Positions 1 to 13,629 of a DNA stretch of 64,000 bases are shown here, piece after piece (position 1 is the first letter of the stretch; each line of letters begins with the position of its first letter). Source of the stretch: Moniliella sp. 'wahieum' (taxonomy: Eukaryota); assembly GCA_003971905.1 (NCBI GenBank), contig RSEE01000042.1, positions 186,001-250,000 of the forward strand, written 5' to 3'. The position numbers and the translations under genes were made by a program. The notes under the pieces were generated by a model. That model searched no databases, was not told where the DNA came from, and saw nothing but the letters and a program-made list of their open reading frames with translations.

Positions 1-30
1 TTCCATCCGGTAGCCCCGCTGAAACGCCAT
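1..30 (-). CDS. possible 5' end of a gene running off the left edge (MAFQRGYRME...)
   Basis: Minus-strand ATG at 30, preceded by an intron-like segment 131..36 (GTATGT...TTGCAG). Only 10 codons are visible and the product is unrecognised. Confidence 0.3.
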   Translation of the reverse strand, partial: MAFQRGYRME

Positions 31-886
31 TCTTCCTGCAATAGTCCAATTGCAGCACCACTCCATCGGTGCACCCAGCACACCACACACCCAGCCAGCA
101 AGAGGGAGCGGAAACAGGAGTGTCCACATACTGAGAGAGGGCGACGAGTCGACGGGGAGGCTTGGTGTACGGTGGAGGACCAGAACGTCGGCGGATGCTG
201 GTGGACAGCCGGACGACGAAATTAATTCACAGCACTAGACCTGTTCACTACCGCAGTAGCCACTTATTGCGGGCGCAACCCTAAGGCCATCTGGGATTCC
301 GACCTGATATTTCAATATTGGACACGACAGTCGCAGTATTACGTTTTTAGTGCCACGTGGCATGCGAATGCGATCACTAGCACCTTAAATTGCGACGGTG
401 ACCCCGTCGTTGTTAAGTTTGTCTCTACCGCGCTCTGCGCTGCGAAATTGCCAGTGCTCTCCATCCGGACACGGCGGGAATATATGCTTTCATTGCTCCC
501 CCGACGATATGTACCCCTTCATCATCATCATTTGCGATATGTGCAGCGGAGGTGTTCACGCTTGACCGGATTGGCATGCATCCCTCTCCTCCAGTTAGTG
601 TGGTGCGAGACGTAGGTGATTCTTTGCTTTTCATCTATTCTATGCCAATCCCCTGTCTCCATTCTCATATCCCATCCCAGTCCCGTCGGCACTCCAATTG
701 ATCCTACCAGGTGTTGGCACTCTCGTGCTCTAGTACTGCGAACAATGGCTCGTGGTGAATTGGAAAAGAAATAGGTCAAACGCTTTCAAACGATGAGATG
801 CGAGACAGCCATTTCTGCTGACTGGTTATGGGGGCAAACCCAAAAGTATAAGAAGGGGTTTTGAGAAGAGCCAAAGGGCAGCTTGA

Positions 887-1874
887 TTAAAGGTAAGCCA
901 GATCCACCCAAGTTTTGTAGTCCGCTCCGAGCACCGTGCCAATATCCACAGCGCCTGAAAGAATGTGATCGAACGATACCCTGGGGCCACTCGCGCCGGC
1001 ACCAGAATTTCCAAATTCGGCAAGCTGGCTTTGGGACGTGTCTTTGCCCGATGCCGAATAACCGTCCTTGTTGACCACGTTTTCCAACACAGAGTTCTGG
1101 ACTGTAACCCGGGCATAGGGACCCCATGGGCGGCCCAGGTAATAGCTGCCCGCCGCAACGGATTGTCCGTCGGCTGGCCGGATGTGGGAGTCAGTGATGA
1201 GGTAGTAAGAAGGTCAGAAGCGTCGGGGCGGCCAGATGCTGTGATGAACCCCACGGGCTGGTTCAGCACTCCGATTTGGGACTTGGTGATGACGGCTTGG
1301 GCGTGTTGGCCAAAGATAAAGTCGGTTGCGCCAGTAATGTAGCTTTGCGCGTAAACTTGCCTGCCGTTTTGGGCCAAGAGAGTGTCCTGGAAGCCCTGGA
1401 TTGAGCATCCGTAGCAGCCAAACTGGTCCATCTCCGCTGATAAAGCAATGGCTTGAGACCCCTGCCCAAACGAGTTGATCACATCCACGTTGTACATTGA
1501 AACGCGGGGAGACAGTACGCGTACTGTTCCGGTTTCATCGTCGTTCAAGCCATTCTTTTGGGAAAGGTTGTGGGTGATGGTTACCGTGTTTTGGACATAA
1601 GAAGCGGTATCAGATGTGGAGCCAAAGATTGCCAAAGGGCCCTTGAGAGCAGGGATGACCACTTGCTCGTTGTACGTGCCTGCCCCAATGAAAATCTTCT
1701 GAGACCGGGTGGAGGTGGTGGACAGTGCATTTACCGCCGCTTGCACTGTTCCATACTGTCCACTCGACGGCGATTTGGACACCACCAACGATCCGTGAGG
1801 GGGGGAGACCCGCGGTGGGCCAGCCCCGTGGCGGCGCTCCCCAGAAGAGCAAGTACAAGCGGGATGAGCTTCAT
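887..1874 (-). CDS. secreted pectinesterase (pectin methylesterase, CE8)
   Basis: Signal peptide MKLIPLVLALLGSAATGLA from the ATG at 1874, then GQYGTVQAAV, GTYNEQV, QAIAL, GFQDTL and GATDFIFG motifs. The C-terminus lies in ORF 887..1090. At least two frameshifts. Confidence 0.93.
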
Positions 1875-3613
1875 ATTGGGAAAATGGCGGGGGTGAAGCA
1901 GCTGTGGGGATATGGCGCGGATTGTTTGAGTCGCAGGTGAGAGAGGTCCGCTTTAAAAAGGCGAAGGGGCACTGACTATGGAGACCCGCACTTTGGTTCT
2001 TGCTGACCCGATGGGAGGGAGTCAGAGTGTCAATGTTAATGACTGCTATAGTCAAATTACTGGTGAGATCTGAGAACAACAAGCAGTATACATGTGGCTC
2101 GCCACTTTACCCCACCAACCCAGAAGCCTATCTGACACCTGCTCCACAGGGCCGCTGCGGCGCCGTATCCTAGCTGCCCCCCTGCCGCCTCTGCCGGCCA
2201 GCGTTGGCTGCCACCTGTCTCGTGGCACACATCTCACACAGCCGCCGTGGCCCAGTCGCAGAGACTGCAGTTTCGACCCACCGTCACGCGTCACATGTCA
2301 CAAATCATGCGTCGTGTCATCTGTCGTCCGTCGCACCCGTTCGTCCTATACTATTCCAATTCGGAGCTTTACATGTTCGACTCCTCAAGCTTCAAGCTTC
2401 TAGGCCCTCAAGGGATGAGGCACCCCTCATCGATCATCGATGCTCAATCTCATCGACTTCACCATCCAACCGTGCCTGGGCGAGATCGTGCATCTTTGGT
2501 TTGGGATCTGTGGGTTCAACAACTCTCCAAGAAGAACAACCTTCCACCCGTCTTCGAGCGTGGCGCGTCCCCTCAAGTGCATAAATGCATTCAACTAATA
2601 ACACGTTCATTATAATCACAACTGTCTCATCGAGATCAACTCTCTCAGTTATCGATTATCCACGCCAACTGCGATGGAGATCGGAGGCGCAATAAGAAGG
2701 GGGGGGGCAAAATGCATATGCTTTCCCACAAGTTGATGGTTCCGAGGAGTCTATATGGGCAGGGCAAGGGGGGTTGAATATTGAATTTGAATAGCGATAG
2801 GTGGTCAGGCCAGGTACACAAAAGGTGTCATCAGTGAGAACTGAGCTGCAGGCACACATACGCAGCACAAAATGATCCACACATTCCACAGAAGAACTCA
2901 AAAGTGAAGCCCCCCATCAATGATGAGACGCCATCATCTCCCCAGGGTCATACCACCATCCAGGGGGGAGTGCGCCAGGGGGGGAGTGGATGGGCATGGC
3001 TCAAACACTATAGCTAGACATGTTATTCACACGGTGCGTTTTCAGAAGGACTGAGTCTTGGAGGCGCAGACGTGGATGCGGTCAGCGCCAGTCAGGCCGA
3101 GGCATGGAAGGGCATGGCGCACGCAGCAGCTGGGAGGCCCCGGATAGCGTTTCATTGTTTCAGGAGTACATAGCATCGGCATCGGTGATTGTGGATCCCA
3201 TCGATGACGCGATGACGTGGGCCTGGAGCAGCGCTGCGCAAGACTGCTCCCCCGCGGGACCCGCGGGACGAGAGAGGGGCAGTGCGTTGCTGGGCTGGCA
3301 GCCCCACTGCTCACTGGCGCTGTGCCGGCAGGGGCGGAAGGCTCTCGTGGCGCCCCGCGCCCCGCAGCCCCCAGTGGGCCTCAGCACTTCAGCCTCAGGC
3401 CTTGGGCCTCCAGCGCAAGCACGCCAGCCAGCCAAGCCCATTTTGCCGCGCTGCCTGTTCCCACCGGTCAGCCTCGGCCTAGCGCCCAACCAGCCCTCTG
3501 TCGTCCGGCGAAAACGCGTCGGTCTCTCGTTCGCACCCTCATCCCCCCATCGTCCTACCTCCCACCCCTCGCCCTTGTCCTGTCCTGCCTGTCTGCCCAT
3601 CCCCTCCCCCATC

Positions 3614-4176
3614 ATGTCTTTGCAGCTCCCCCTCAGCTCAAGTCGGTCCACGCCAAGATTGAGTACTACGTGGCTCAGATCGATAAGGAGGTGCGTCGTG
3701 CCCAACTGATCAAACACCGCGCTCTTGCTCTTTTGCACCATACTGACCTCTTGTCCCACCTACCTCAGCTGGAGAAGTACCCGTTGCTCGTCAAGTGCGA
3801 GGCGACGACCCACGTGCCCAAGGCGTATGGCACGATTGGTATCTTCTTCCTCCTGGTCACTGCTATCTTTTTTAACATTGCCGCCAACTTCTTCACCACC
3901 GTTCTGGGATTTGCTCTGCCGGCCTACTTTTCTCTCCAGGCGATCGAGTCGCCGGCCAAGGACGACGATGTGCAGTGGCTTACCTACTGGGTCTCGTTTG
4001 GCTTCCTTACCATTCTCGAGTCCTTTTCGTCGCTGATCCTGCACTGGGTCCCATTCTACTACACTTTCAAGGCCCTTATTCTCGTCTGGCTGATGCTTCC
4101 CCAGACCCAAGGGGCCAAGGTGCTGTACACCAAGGCACTGGTACCCATCTTCTTCCACAAGAAGCCCGTGGCCTAA
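3614..4176 (+). CDS. YOP1: Yop1/REEP (DP1/HVA22) ER membrane-shaping protein
   Basis: LPAYFSLQAIESPAKDDDVQWLTYWV...YYTFKALILVWLMLPQTQGA. Intron ~3691..3768 (GTGCGT...CTGAC...CAG). One indel in a C-run near the start. Confidence 0.92.
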
Positions 4177-4628
4177 GTTGTTCGGGCCAGTCAAAGATTT
4201 TTGTGGGGCCTCTTTGATCTGTGTGTGGGCTGCTCCGTTTCCGTCTATCGAGCAACACCAGGTACAACCAGTGGGGTGTGTCACGTGCGATGCCCTTTCG
4301 AGGAGGAAGCGGTCTTGTGCGGCTCAATCTCATCCTGTCTCATGCATCATGTCTGCTATATCGTCCCTCACGCTGGCGGCGGCTGCCGCGGGCAAATGCC
4401 ACTCTTCTCTTCAACTTGCTTCTCTTTCTCCTCATCCTGATTCCCCTTCCGCTGCCTCGATCCTCCCCCTCAGCAATCGAGATATTGATCGGTTCTCTCC
4501 CCTGGTTTACATGTAGACGACGTGGGAGTGGTTCCGGCTGGGTTAGTTAGGTGTTGCACTGGAGGGCACAGGCGGGGTCCTGTTTTGAAAAGTGCCCAAG
4601 GATTGATTTCAGGGAGATACGACCCACA

Positions 4629-4658
4629 GCAGCACGTGACCCAGCAGCACGTGACCCC
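4629..4658. promoter_or_regulatory. two tandem copies of CAGCACGTGACCC (GTCACGTG bHLH/Cbf1-type site on the minus strand)
   Basis: Direct repeat with 15-bp period, each copy containing CACGTG, ~570 bp upstream of the Zn2Cys6 gene. Confidence 0.4.
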
Positions 4659-5225
4659 TGGGTTGCGACAAATCCGCTGCTATTCTTTAGGTTCAAGTTC
4701 AAGTTGAAGTTGAACGTTGAAGCTTGAAGCTTTGAAGGCCCAGAGGCTGCAAACGTTAAACGTTAAATTTTAAATCCGCAGCCCGCCTGCAGCCACGGAC
4801 ACCCAGGAACAATTGAAATCGGTGGGGTCCAAGACACGGATTTAACCCAGTGGCACTTCTCCGCGCGAAGAGGCGCAGGAATTACTGCTGTTATTCGACT
4901 GTCTTACGCGTTACGCCTTATAGAGGGCTCAACCGGAGATGAACTCAGTCTGAGTACTCCCCTCGAGTCACTATGGCTAGTCACTAGTCAAGAGGAAAGG
5001 GCTGAAAAGCCTGCCCGTGACGCGCGTGACGGGGCGACCGGCCTTGCTTGTTTAATGAGACCGGTCGGTGACCGAGTCGGTCCCCTAACATTTTTTGCCG
5101 GGCTTAGCAATGTCCGACGGTGTGACTGAGGTTGAAGGAGGTTTGAGGCAACCGAAAAAATCCATTAGCATCGGCCACCAACTTGTTGCTCCCTGCCCGC
5201 CGCTCCCCTCCTCATCTTTCTGACC

Positions 5226-8200
5226 ATGAGCAACGATGTGTCCCCCGCACACCCATCTGTGCCCCATCCACCCTCATCCCTGCTGGCCCCGCAACGAGTA
5301 CTCCGCCCCAGTCGGACCCGCGCCCCTCATCGTCGCAAGACAAGCGGCCCCGCAAACAGCGCAAACCCATTTCATGCACCGAGTGCCGTCACCGCAAGCT
5401 CAAGTACGTGTCCCCCTTCCTCTCTCTCCACCTCGTTCCGTTTGTGCTGCTGACACCAAGGCAGGTGCGACCGACAGGTGCCTGGGTGTTCCGCATGCAT
5501 TCGCCGCAAGATCCCCTTGAGCGGATGTAAGTTGGGGATGAACGAGACCATGAGACCCGAACAGCGGGAAAAACGCTTGCGCAAGATGGCCGAAGGAAAA
5601 GCGGCGTGCACGGCGCAAGGCTCTCAAGGCAGCGCGGCAACGCGCTGCAGAACATTTGCCCCCTGGTGTCTTGTTCTCTGGTGGGTCACAGTTTGGGTAC
5701 GACGATTCGGGACAACAAGACGACGATTCGGGCGAATGGGAGGAAAGCGAAGAGGAAGAGGAGGAGGAGGAAAGCGCTCCCAAACGCATTCGACTGCCTC
5801 TTGAACCGGGTGCAGCACCCGCCTCGACGGCTTCCGTGGCCATTCACCACCACCTTTACCCACCCCTCCCTTCCCGCAGCCGGCTCCACCCTTCGGCCGC
5901 AACACATGCGCAGTTGGCCATGCAGGCACGCAACAATGCCGCTCGTTTGGTTGGCCGGATGGGCACCGCCTCTACATCCCTAGTTCCCCATCTTTCCACC
6001 CCGGTGGTGCCTCGGCCGCGCTCTCGATCGACCGGTCCCACGTCCGCAACAACTTCTACTGGTCTCCATTCCCACGCCACGGCGACGAACACACTCTCCG
6101 TCCCTCCCCTGCTCCACCTTCTCCCGCTGCTCACTCTTCACCTCCTAGCACGACTGTTACCCCGCACTTGCAGCACCCCCTGGCCCACGGTGGGTCCCAG
6201 ATGGCCAGCAGTCCACGGCGAGCGTCATGCCCGCGTTTGCGATTGTGGCGGAAGCGGCTGAGCTGAGGCGCAGCAGCACCACCATCTGCCCACCGCCGGA
6301 GACCCAAACGCATTTATATGCATCTGGGAACCAAGATACGACGGAGCTGCTGGACACACTAGGGAACCAGGACACTACATCGGCCGTCTTGGGTCTTCAG
6401 CGTCTCTATCACGAGGGCAGGGACGTGGATGGTTCCGTCGAGGAGGTTGGGCAAGCGAGGACAAGGCAGGGAGATCAGATTCGTGGGCGGCCTGTCGAGC
6501 CAGGGGGGGACAAAGCCCCGGCCGCCGTGGAGGCAAGCCTGTGGACGTCCGGGGGACAGAAGAGGGAACCGGTGCAGGCAGCCACGGTAAGTGGGTCAGC
6601 AGCCAGCGACCATCCTGCCCGTCGCTACATATGCCCCCCGCGGTCCCAGTAGGAAAAGGAATGCGCTGCAGGCAATTGGGGAGGGATGTACAGAAAAAAC
6701 TCCCTGAACGAGGCGACGGCCAAGACGCGGGCGTTGGCGTTACTGCCGGGCAAACCTCAGACGGTGCAGTTGATCAACATGTACCTCGAGGAGTTGGGCA
6801 TGATTACACCCTTTGTTCGCGTGGATTTTGTGATGAAGGAACTTGATTTGCTGTACGAGTCGCTAACGGGCTGTTTTGGATCCAAGGGGGCCAACCGGCT
6901 GCCAACGATTGTCGAGGCGGGTCCGGACGGGCTGATGCGACAGCGCTTGGTAGATGCGGACGATGGTGCTCCTGCATCGACACGGCCAGCGGCGGTGGTG
7001 CAACCCGGGGCGGCGACCGGACCTGGGGCTGGAGAGCCACAACCACGATTGACGTTTTTGGCGTATGTCTTGTTTGCTCTGAGTGCGATTGTGGAGCTGC
7101 TACCTTCCACCACCATTATCTCCTTCAACCTGGTCCGGAGCAGTGACCAGATTTCTACACCTTCTCCACGACTGGCTCGACACAGCCTTGGACTGTTTGG
7201 AGGCCAATGAGCTGGCTGCCCACCCTTCTCTCGAAGGCGTGCAAGCTGCTCTGGTTGCTGTCAACTCTCTCGGCCGGTTTCGGCACAAAGATCTACTCCA
7301 TCTGCTCGATGGATCCACGCGTGCCGCTCGACGTCTGGGTCTCGACAGGCTTGGTTCGGCCGCTGACGCCCCACCCTATCTGGGAACGGAAGAGGGGACT
7401 CCGCTGGGCCCGGAGGAGAGGGGCGTTGGGGCCGCGGTAGGCCCGGCGCCACGGCCAGATTTACACCAGACACTGGACAAGGCCAACCGCAAGCTGATGC
7501 ATTGGTGGGTCGATCCGGATGTTCAGATGAGCATGGACAACCTGGAGATTGGTCGGGCGGTGTGGACGGCATTGACCATGACGGACTGGAACCACGCGGG
7601 GCTGAACGGGTCGTACGGGATCCACCCGATGAGTTATACTACATGCCCACCTTATGCCCGGCGGCACCATCCCAGAGTGCGCGCGGGATGCCCTGCCCGC
7701 GCGATGCCTGGCTCGGCCTGCTTGAAACGGCCGATGTGGCACGGCAAGTGGTTGACTTGACGGTGCAGGCGGAAGGGTTAGGGGGGAGGTAGATTACCAA
7801 GAAGTGCTCAAGCTGGACCAGAAACTGCATCAAGTCCTTACTTCGCGTTCATGGACCCATCGGGAGACCGACTTGACCTTTGGCCAGGAAGGGTTGAGGC
7901 ACAATGTCGACATTCAGCGCCTGCAGAAACAGGCCAGCTTAATTCGGGCTGGCGTGTACTACCGTACCCTGAAGCTCCACCGTCCATTCATGAGCAAGGG
8001 CTACCGATACCCGGACCAACCGTTTGTTGCGTCCGTGCCGCGCGCGTTGGAGAGCGCACGACAAATCGTTATCGAGGCCCGGCTCATGTCCTCCCGAGGG
8101 TGGATCGGTCGACGGGATCGCATCCAAAGGTACTACCTTTTCCAAGCTTGCTTGGCCATGATTACCGATCTGTGGTACCGCCCCCGCACGTTTTACCCCT

Positions 8201-9120
8201 TGGGCTTCCACCATACCTCGCCCACGGATGCGCACACGGCCTCGGCACCTGATCCTTCGGTCCCAGGAAGCGTGATGGGCTTTGACAGTCCAGAGGAACG
8301 CGGGAGATGGAGGACAACTTGACTTGGATCATTGATCGGTTGAAAGATCAGGGTCAAGCGGTGGAAGGATCGGTACTGCATGGGGCGAGTAAGAATTTAG
8401 AACGTCTGATCTCCGCCACGTTCCAACGCGGGCTGCAGCAACAGCTTCTCCGATCCCAAGAGGAAGCGGAGGAGGAGGTGCAGCCCACCCACGATGCAGC
8501 CCCCGCAGCACACCACGGCTTCGACCCACTCCCAACGGGGGGTGACGAGTTGGCACAGTTGATGGACGTGCAACTGTCCCGGTTAGCTGCCATGACGCCC
8601 CAGACCAACATGCTCAACATTGGCCATGCCCAGCACCCGGGCGGGCCATGCTGCCAGCGGTAAGCGACGAGGTGGAATCGGAACATTATCTGCCCTGGGT
8701 GGCGTCCCGTTGAGTGGTTTGGGCTTTCTTTCTCAGTTGCCCAACAATGCGCTTACAGGACTGCCCGCCCTTCCTACTACCACTGCCGCCCCTGTTGCGG
8801 GGGAAGAGTGGACTGGTTCCACTGCAGTGCAAAATCCCGTGGTCAACACTACCACAGCCGGGTCGCAGGAACTAATGCAGTACTTTCTTGCAGCCAACGC
8901 CCCGCCCCTCCCGCGACCCAGGCACCTGGTGCCGGCGGGGAGCACACCGAGCTCGTACCAAACCCTTCATCTGGGGATGGGACGTCCGGGCCGAATACCT
9001 TCCTTCAGCCCATGTTTCCTCCAGAGGTCGACTGGGTCAGCGCGTGGGCCGACTTGTTCGACACATTGGAGGAACGGGGTGACGCGCCACTCCACCACAG
9101 CCGGTTCGGCAGGGTTCTGA
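5226..9120 (+). CDS. Zn(II)2Cys6 binuclear-cluster fungal transcription factor
   Basis: KQRKPISCTECRHRKLK|CDRQVPGCSACIRRKIPLSGC split by intron 5404..5464. Middle-homology-like segments (GRAVWTALTMTDW, LKLHRPF). Many frameshifts; 3' end approximate. Confidence 0.88.
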
Positions 9121-9667
9121 GCGGCATCTTTCTCTGTGCCTTCTTATTCGTTTGTCTACTTATATTCGTCCTGTGTGTATTTCGAATGCCTTGTATGCCA
9201 ACTCTTCTGTCATTTCATCCTGGCCGGACGCTACCCGAACGACTCTGATAGCTACGAGTATTTCTGCTCATGGGTGTTTCTGGGAGGCTGCGAATATGGG
9301 AACGAAACGAGCATCACAGGAAATGCTGCCCAATGACTATTAACGGGGAGTAAACTCCGGCATTTGCGAGTCTCTCAGTACAGTCGATAAATGAGATGCA
9401 ACGGAGGAATCTCTCTCATTTTTGTACACACCCTCTCAATAACAACGGTGTGAACCTCCGGGTCTATAGCCTAGCCGCGGGCGTCGCCTCGCCCCAATGG
9501 TGGCGCAGATTATGGCCCGAAGGCTGCTACTGGGGCAGTGTGGCAAGTATACAACGAGAGTATGGTCTGCAGAAGAAAACAACACGGCCTCCTCTACAAA
9601 ACGGATGATATCGAAAAGATTTTATGACAACGTGCCCACCTATAGGACATGCAACACGCATTGGAGA

Positions 9668-10369
9668 TTAAGCCGACTTGCCCTTGACAAACGTGGCGAC
9701 CGTCTTGGCAAAGTATTCGCCCTGGTTCTTGGCGATCCGCTTTTCCTCCTCGTTGACCTGGCGCGAACCGTCGGACTTGGACAGCGTCGAGGCACCCCAG
9801 GGAGAGCCACCCTGCACAACGTCAGTGTTGTTGACTTCGGGAAACTGGTAGCCAATCGGGACGTAGATGATGCCGTGGTGGGCGAAGAAGGGAAGCGTGG
9901 TCAGCGCCGTCGTCTCCTGCCCACCGTGTTGGCCAGCGGTGCAGGTGATCAAACCACCAAACTTGCCAACGAGCGCGCCCGTGGCCCACAGGCCACCGGT
10001 CGTGTCAAAGAACGCCGATACCTGTGCGGGGGCACGGCCAAAGCGGGTGCCGAAGGCAAGCAGGACCTATACCATTCCTGCTGGGTCAGCTTCCGAGGCA
10101 AGCGAGAGATGGACCATGAACACGGGGTGGGGGGGCAGTTAACGTACACCGTCGTACTTGGCCAGCGCATCAGCGGTGATGTGCGGGTGCTTGGTGCCGA
10201 GCTCCTTGACGGCGTACATCTTGCCCAGGACTTCGTCCGAGAGCGTCTCGGGGAAGGTGAACAGGTCGGCCTGGACGCCAGCCGCCTTGGCACCGAGTGC
10301 AGCCTCCTCAGCCAGGGTGGCGACGTGGCCCCAGAGGGAATGGTAGACAATGGCGATCTTGGCAGACAT
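9668..10369 (-). CDS. flavodoxin-like NAD(P)H:quinone oxidoreductase (WrbA/Pst2/Ycp4 family)
   Basis: MSAKIAIVYHSLWGHV, FDTTGGLW, GQHGGQETT, HHGIIYVPIGY and GGSPWGAS motifs. One intron near 10080..10148. Confidence 0.93.
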
Positions 10370-11711
10370 GGGGAAGGAGGCGAACGCGCACGGGGTAGCT
10401 GGGCAGGGTGGGGGAAGAAGCGCGGTCTGGGACAGACATGGGTGCCATTTATACTCCCGGGCGGATGTGGGGCGCATGTCGTGCCACTGTTGTGCCTCTG
10501 TCAGCCTACTGTTGCTGTATGCGCAGGCGTCCGTCGGCGAGACTTTGGGCCAGCAACCAGATGGGCTGTTCCGTTCCGACCGGGCCGCTTGCCTGGCTAT
10601 AATCGGCATGGCATCCGTCCCGGCTAGGGTTGGGGCCGGGGCAGCATACGCACACTGCCCCTGCGCCTGGCTCTCGGATCTCAACCCGGATCATACCCGC
10701 CCGGAGCTAGCACGGAGGCTACCCTAGGCTGCCCTTGTGCCTGCTGGATTCCCCTGCGCTTCCAGCGCCGCACTGAGCATCCGAATATACCCCACCACCT
10801 TCTGCCACTCTCCTGGCCACTACGCCTGCTCCTCTGGGGCGTAGGAAGGAAGCTTGAATATGCACGCTGTCCCCACCCTTGCTGGCTTGTCTAGCGTCTC
10901 CAGCCGTCTCCAGAGTGCTTAAGCAGTCCCATCCCCGCGTCCACCCCCACCACCACTCCCACCCGGCTGTCGGCACCCTGGGCTGGGTGTCAACCCACGG
11001 ATGACAGGGAGAGATGATCTCATGAGAAGCACAGATGCTTGTTGTTGACGACTTATTGATGCTGCTGCTTACGAGGCCAGAGATATAGAGGGACGTTATC
11101 GAAGGGGGGCAGCAATTCCGAATACGATAGTACTCATACACCATTTACTCTGCACCACGCTCCCACACTACATTGCTCACATGTCCAAGCGATTGCTCGC
11201 CATACCCGGCCAATTAGCCCGGTTCACCATCTCATCATCACACCACCACTACACCTCAACGACAATTGGGTATCCATCAATGGAATCTGGCTACAAGTCC
11301 AGGAAAACCCAGCCATTGTACCACCCACCCCCGAGCGTCAGCCAGCGCGCTCAGCACAGCGTACTACCCATACGGCTTGGAGAGATGTAGACTGCGCTTC
11401 CTTCTTCCGCTCGGGATGAGGTAGCTGCTTCTCTGCCACAAGAAGCATCACGTTTCTCCCCTATCTCCACTCCGTTACCCAGCTCTCCACACCCCCTGAC
11501 TGCAAGAGTGTGGCGCCAGGGGATGGGGTGGAGATAACCAGTTCCTACCGCTACTCTTTTCTCCACCCAACAATGTAAGAAACCAAGCAAAAGCTTCTCT
11601 CCCACTGTGGGACGGGGAGCAAATCATGCAGAGCATGGTTGTTCATACCAAATATGCGGCGGAGCATTCTCCTAAGCTTTCTCTGCATGGGACCTGGGAA
11701 GCAGGCCAAGG

Positions 11712-12475
11712 CTATGGCTTAGGCGAGCGTGCGCGGGTGGGCGAGGACAGACGAGAACGAGGACGTGACCGATGGGGGGGGGGAGGGGAACGATGACGAG
11801 AACGGTGGTCGTGGGAACGATGGTGAGTCCGACGGGTACGGTCTTCTCCATGGCGCGAGCATCGTGGGCGGGTGGTACGGGTTGAGGGAACCGGGTCGTT
11901 GACCCGACTGGAGGATGAAGTGAATTCTATCCTCCCTCCCAGTGGGTTGGGGGCATGGCGTCGTGCTTGTCGGCGTCGGGAGCGGGCAGCTTCAATCTCT
12001 TGAGCATGGCGAGTGAGGCGGCGGATTTCCATCTCCTGCCTTTGCGCGGGCAGGTGGGCGGACCAGCCGGTTGGATGCAGACCCTGTCCACCGGAAAATA
12101 AGGACGCGTGCTGGTCCAGGTCGAGGAGGCGGACGATGGAAGCGTACATCACGGGGTTGCGCGCGTCGCGGCGACTGTACAGGTGAGCATTGAAATGCAC
12201 GCCTTGCTGTTTCAACGTATGGAACTCGGCCAGACGCGCCTAGGCCGCCCACAGTCAACCAAGCCAGGGGAAGGGAAAGAAGAGGTCAGAAGATCCAGGC
12301 CGGATAGAAGGATACTCACAACCAAAGCAGGGGATGCCTGTGCTTGCGCGGCGCTACGGTCCACCTGCGGCAGACCCCAGGCGGGGCCGAGTGTAAGCGA
12401 GGCCGGCGGGGCGAAGGGAGCACTGGACCCAAAGCCATCTGCGTCTGCTGCGGCAGAGGGCGGGGGTTCAGCCAT
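11712..12475 (-). CDS. HCNGP/SAP30BP-like protein
   Basis: KQQGVHFNAHL...RNPVMYASIVRLLDLDQHAS resembles the HCNGP domain. Arg/Ser-rich tail; probable short intron near 12280..12326. Confidence 0.7.
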
Positions 12476-13629
12476 GGAGAAGTGGATGGGGATCGTTCAC
12501 GTTCAATGCTGCGCCAATCTGGCGGCTTGGGCTGGGGCGCTGAGGTTATGGTCAGAGGTTGGTTGTGCTCATTGTGTGGGCGGGGCTAATTAGCCTCGAG
12601 ATGGAAACCGCTGATGCGCAAAAATAAAAAGGAAAACAAAAGGAAAAAGGCAATTGAGGGAATCAAGGCACGTGAACGGACGTCCCACCCACACCGAGTC
12701 GGCCCGTGCATGGTTGGCTGTGGCAGGCGCGTGCAATGAGATGATAGGGTCGGGGCGGACGCTTGATGGGCAGAGAAGATTGAATGTGGGGCGTGCAGCG
12801 CCAACAAGCAACAATCCTCTTGAAGCCTATTATGAAGCTCCGCAGTGACTAATGTCAGCGCTAAGCTTAGCGCGCTTAGCGCTTAGCCTTGAACTTCAAG
12901 TTGAAGCTCGAAGGGCCTTTTATCGATCATCACTAGCTAGCTACTCATCAACATACAGAACCAAAACACGGCCCCGGCAGCATCTGTCATCTCGAGGTGG
13001 ATGGACTATCTTTAGACAATCGAACTCAAAAGCGGGGAAGAGATTGTCAGTTGTCAGAGTTCCAGTTGTACTGCTTTCTACTACTGTCTCCATTCAACAT
13101 ATCCATCCCTGCAGCCCACCCCTCGCACCTAAAAGGTCGGCATCCTTCTTGCTGATCCTGCCTTGGTGTCCATGGTGAACAACCACCAAGAATCACTGGG
13201 CCAGACGGATACCTGCACCACCGATACATCCAACGATGATCCTCCTCCAAGTCTCTGAACCATGACAATCAATTGGGATACGCCGCCATCAAATAAAGGG
13301 TTAGATAGTGCCGAAAAAGACCGCTCCAGTACCAGGCCTGTTGGTCGTCTCGTACCAGTGGCAATGGGGACATCAACTTTTCTTGGCTCAATGAGCGGCT
13401 CCATCTCTTCCATGTCGGCCTTACCCGCACCAAGGATAAGGCTAACAAGAAGATCACGTAGTGGGCTGCTCAACGCGAAGGATTCGGCACTGCGCTCGCC
13501 GCAGCAGGCCATTCTCAAAGCCGCCGGCATCTGGAACGAGGCACAGAAGGGCACAGAGGACTGGTATGTCACACGTAGAGTAGAGGTAGAAACACCGAGT
13601 GTTGTGGGACCGGGGAAGGGCCGAGCATG

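Noticed and set aside
9497..10627. 376-aa plus-strand ORF and similar long antisense ORFs (e.g. 37691..38947, 35660..36811)
   Set aside because: They overlap well-supported genes on the other strand or frame, which is expected in GC-rich coding DNA.
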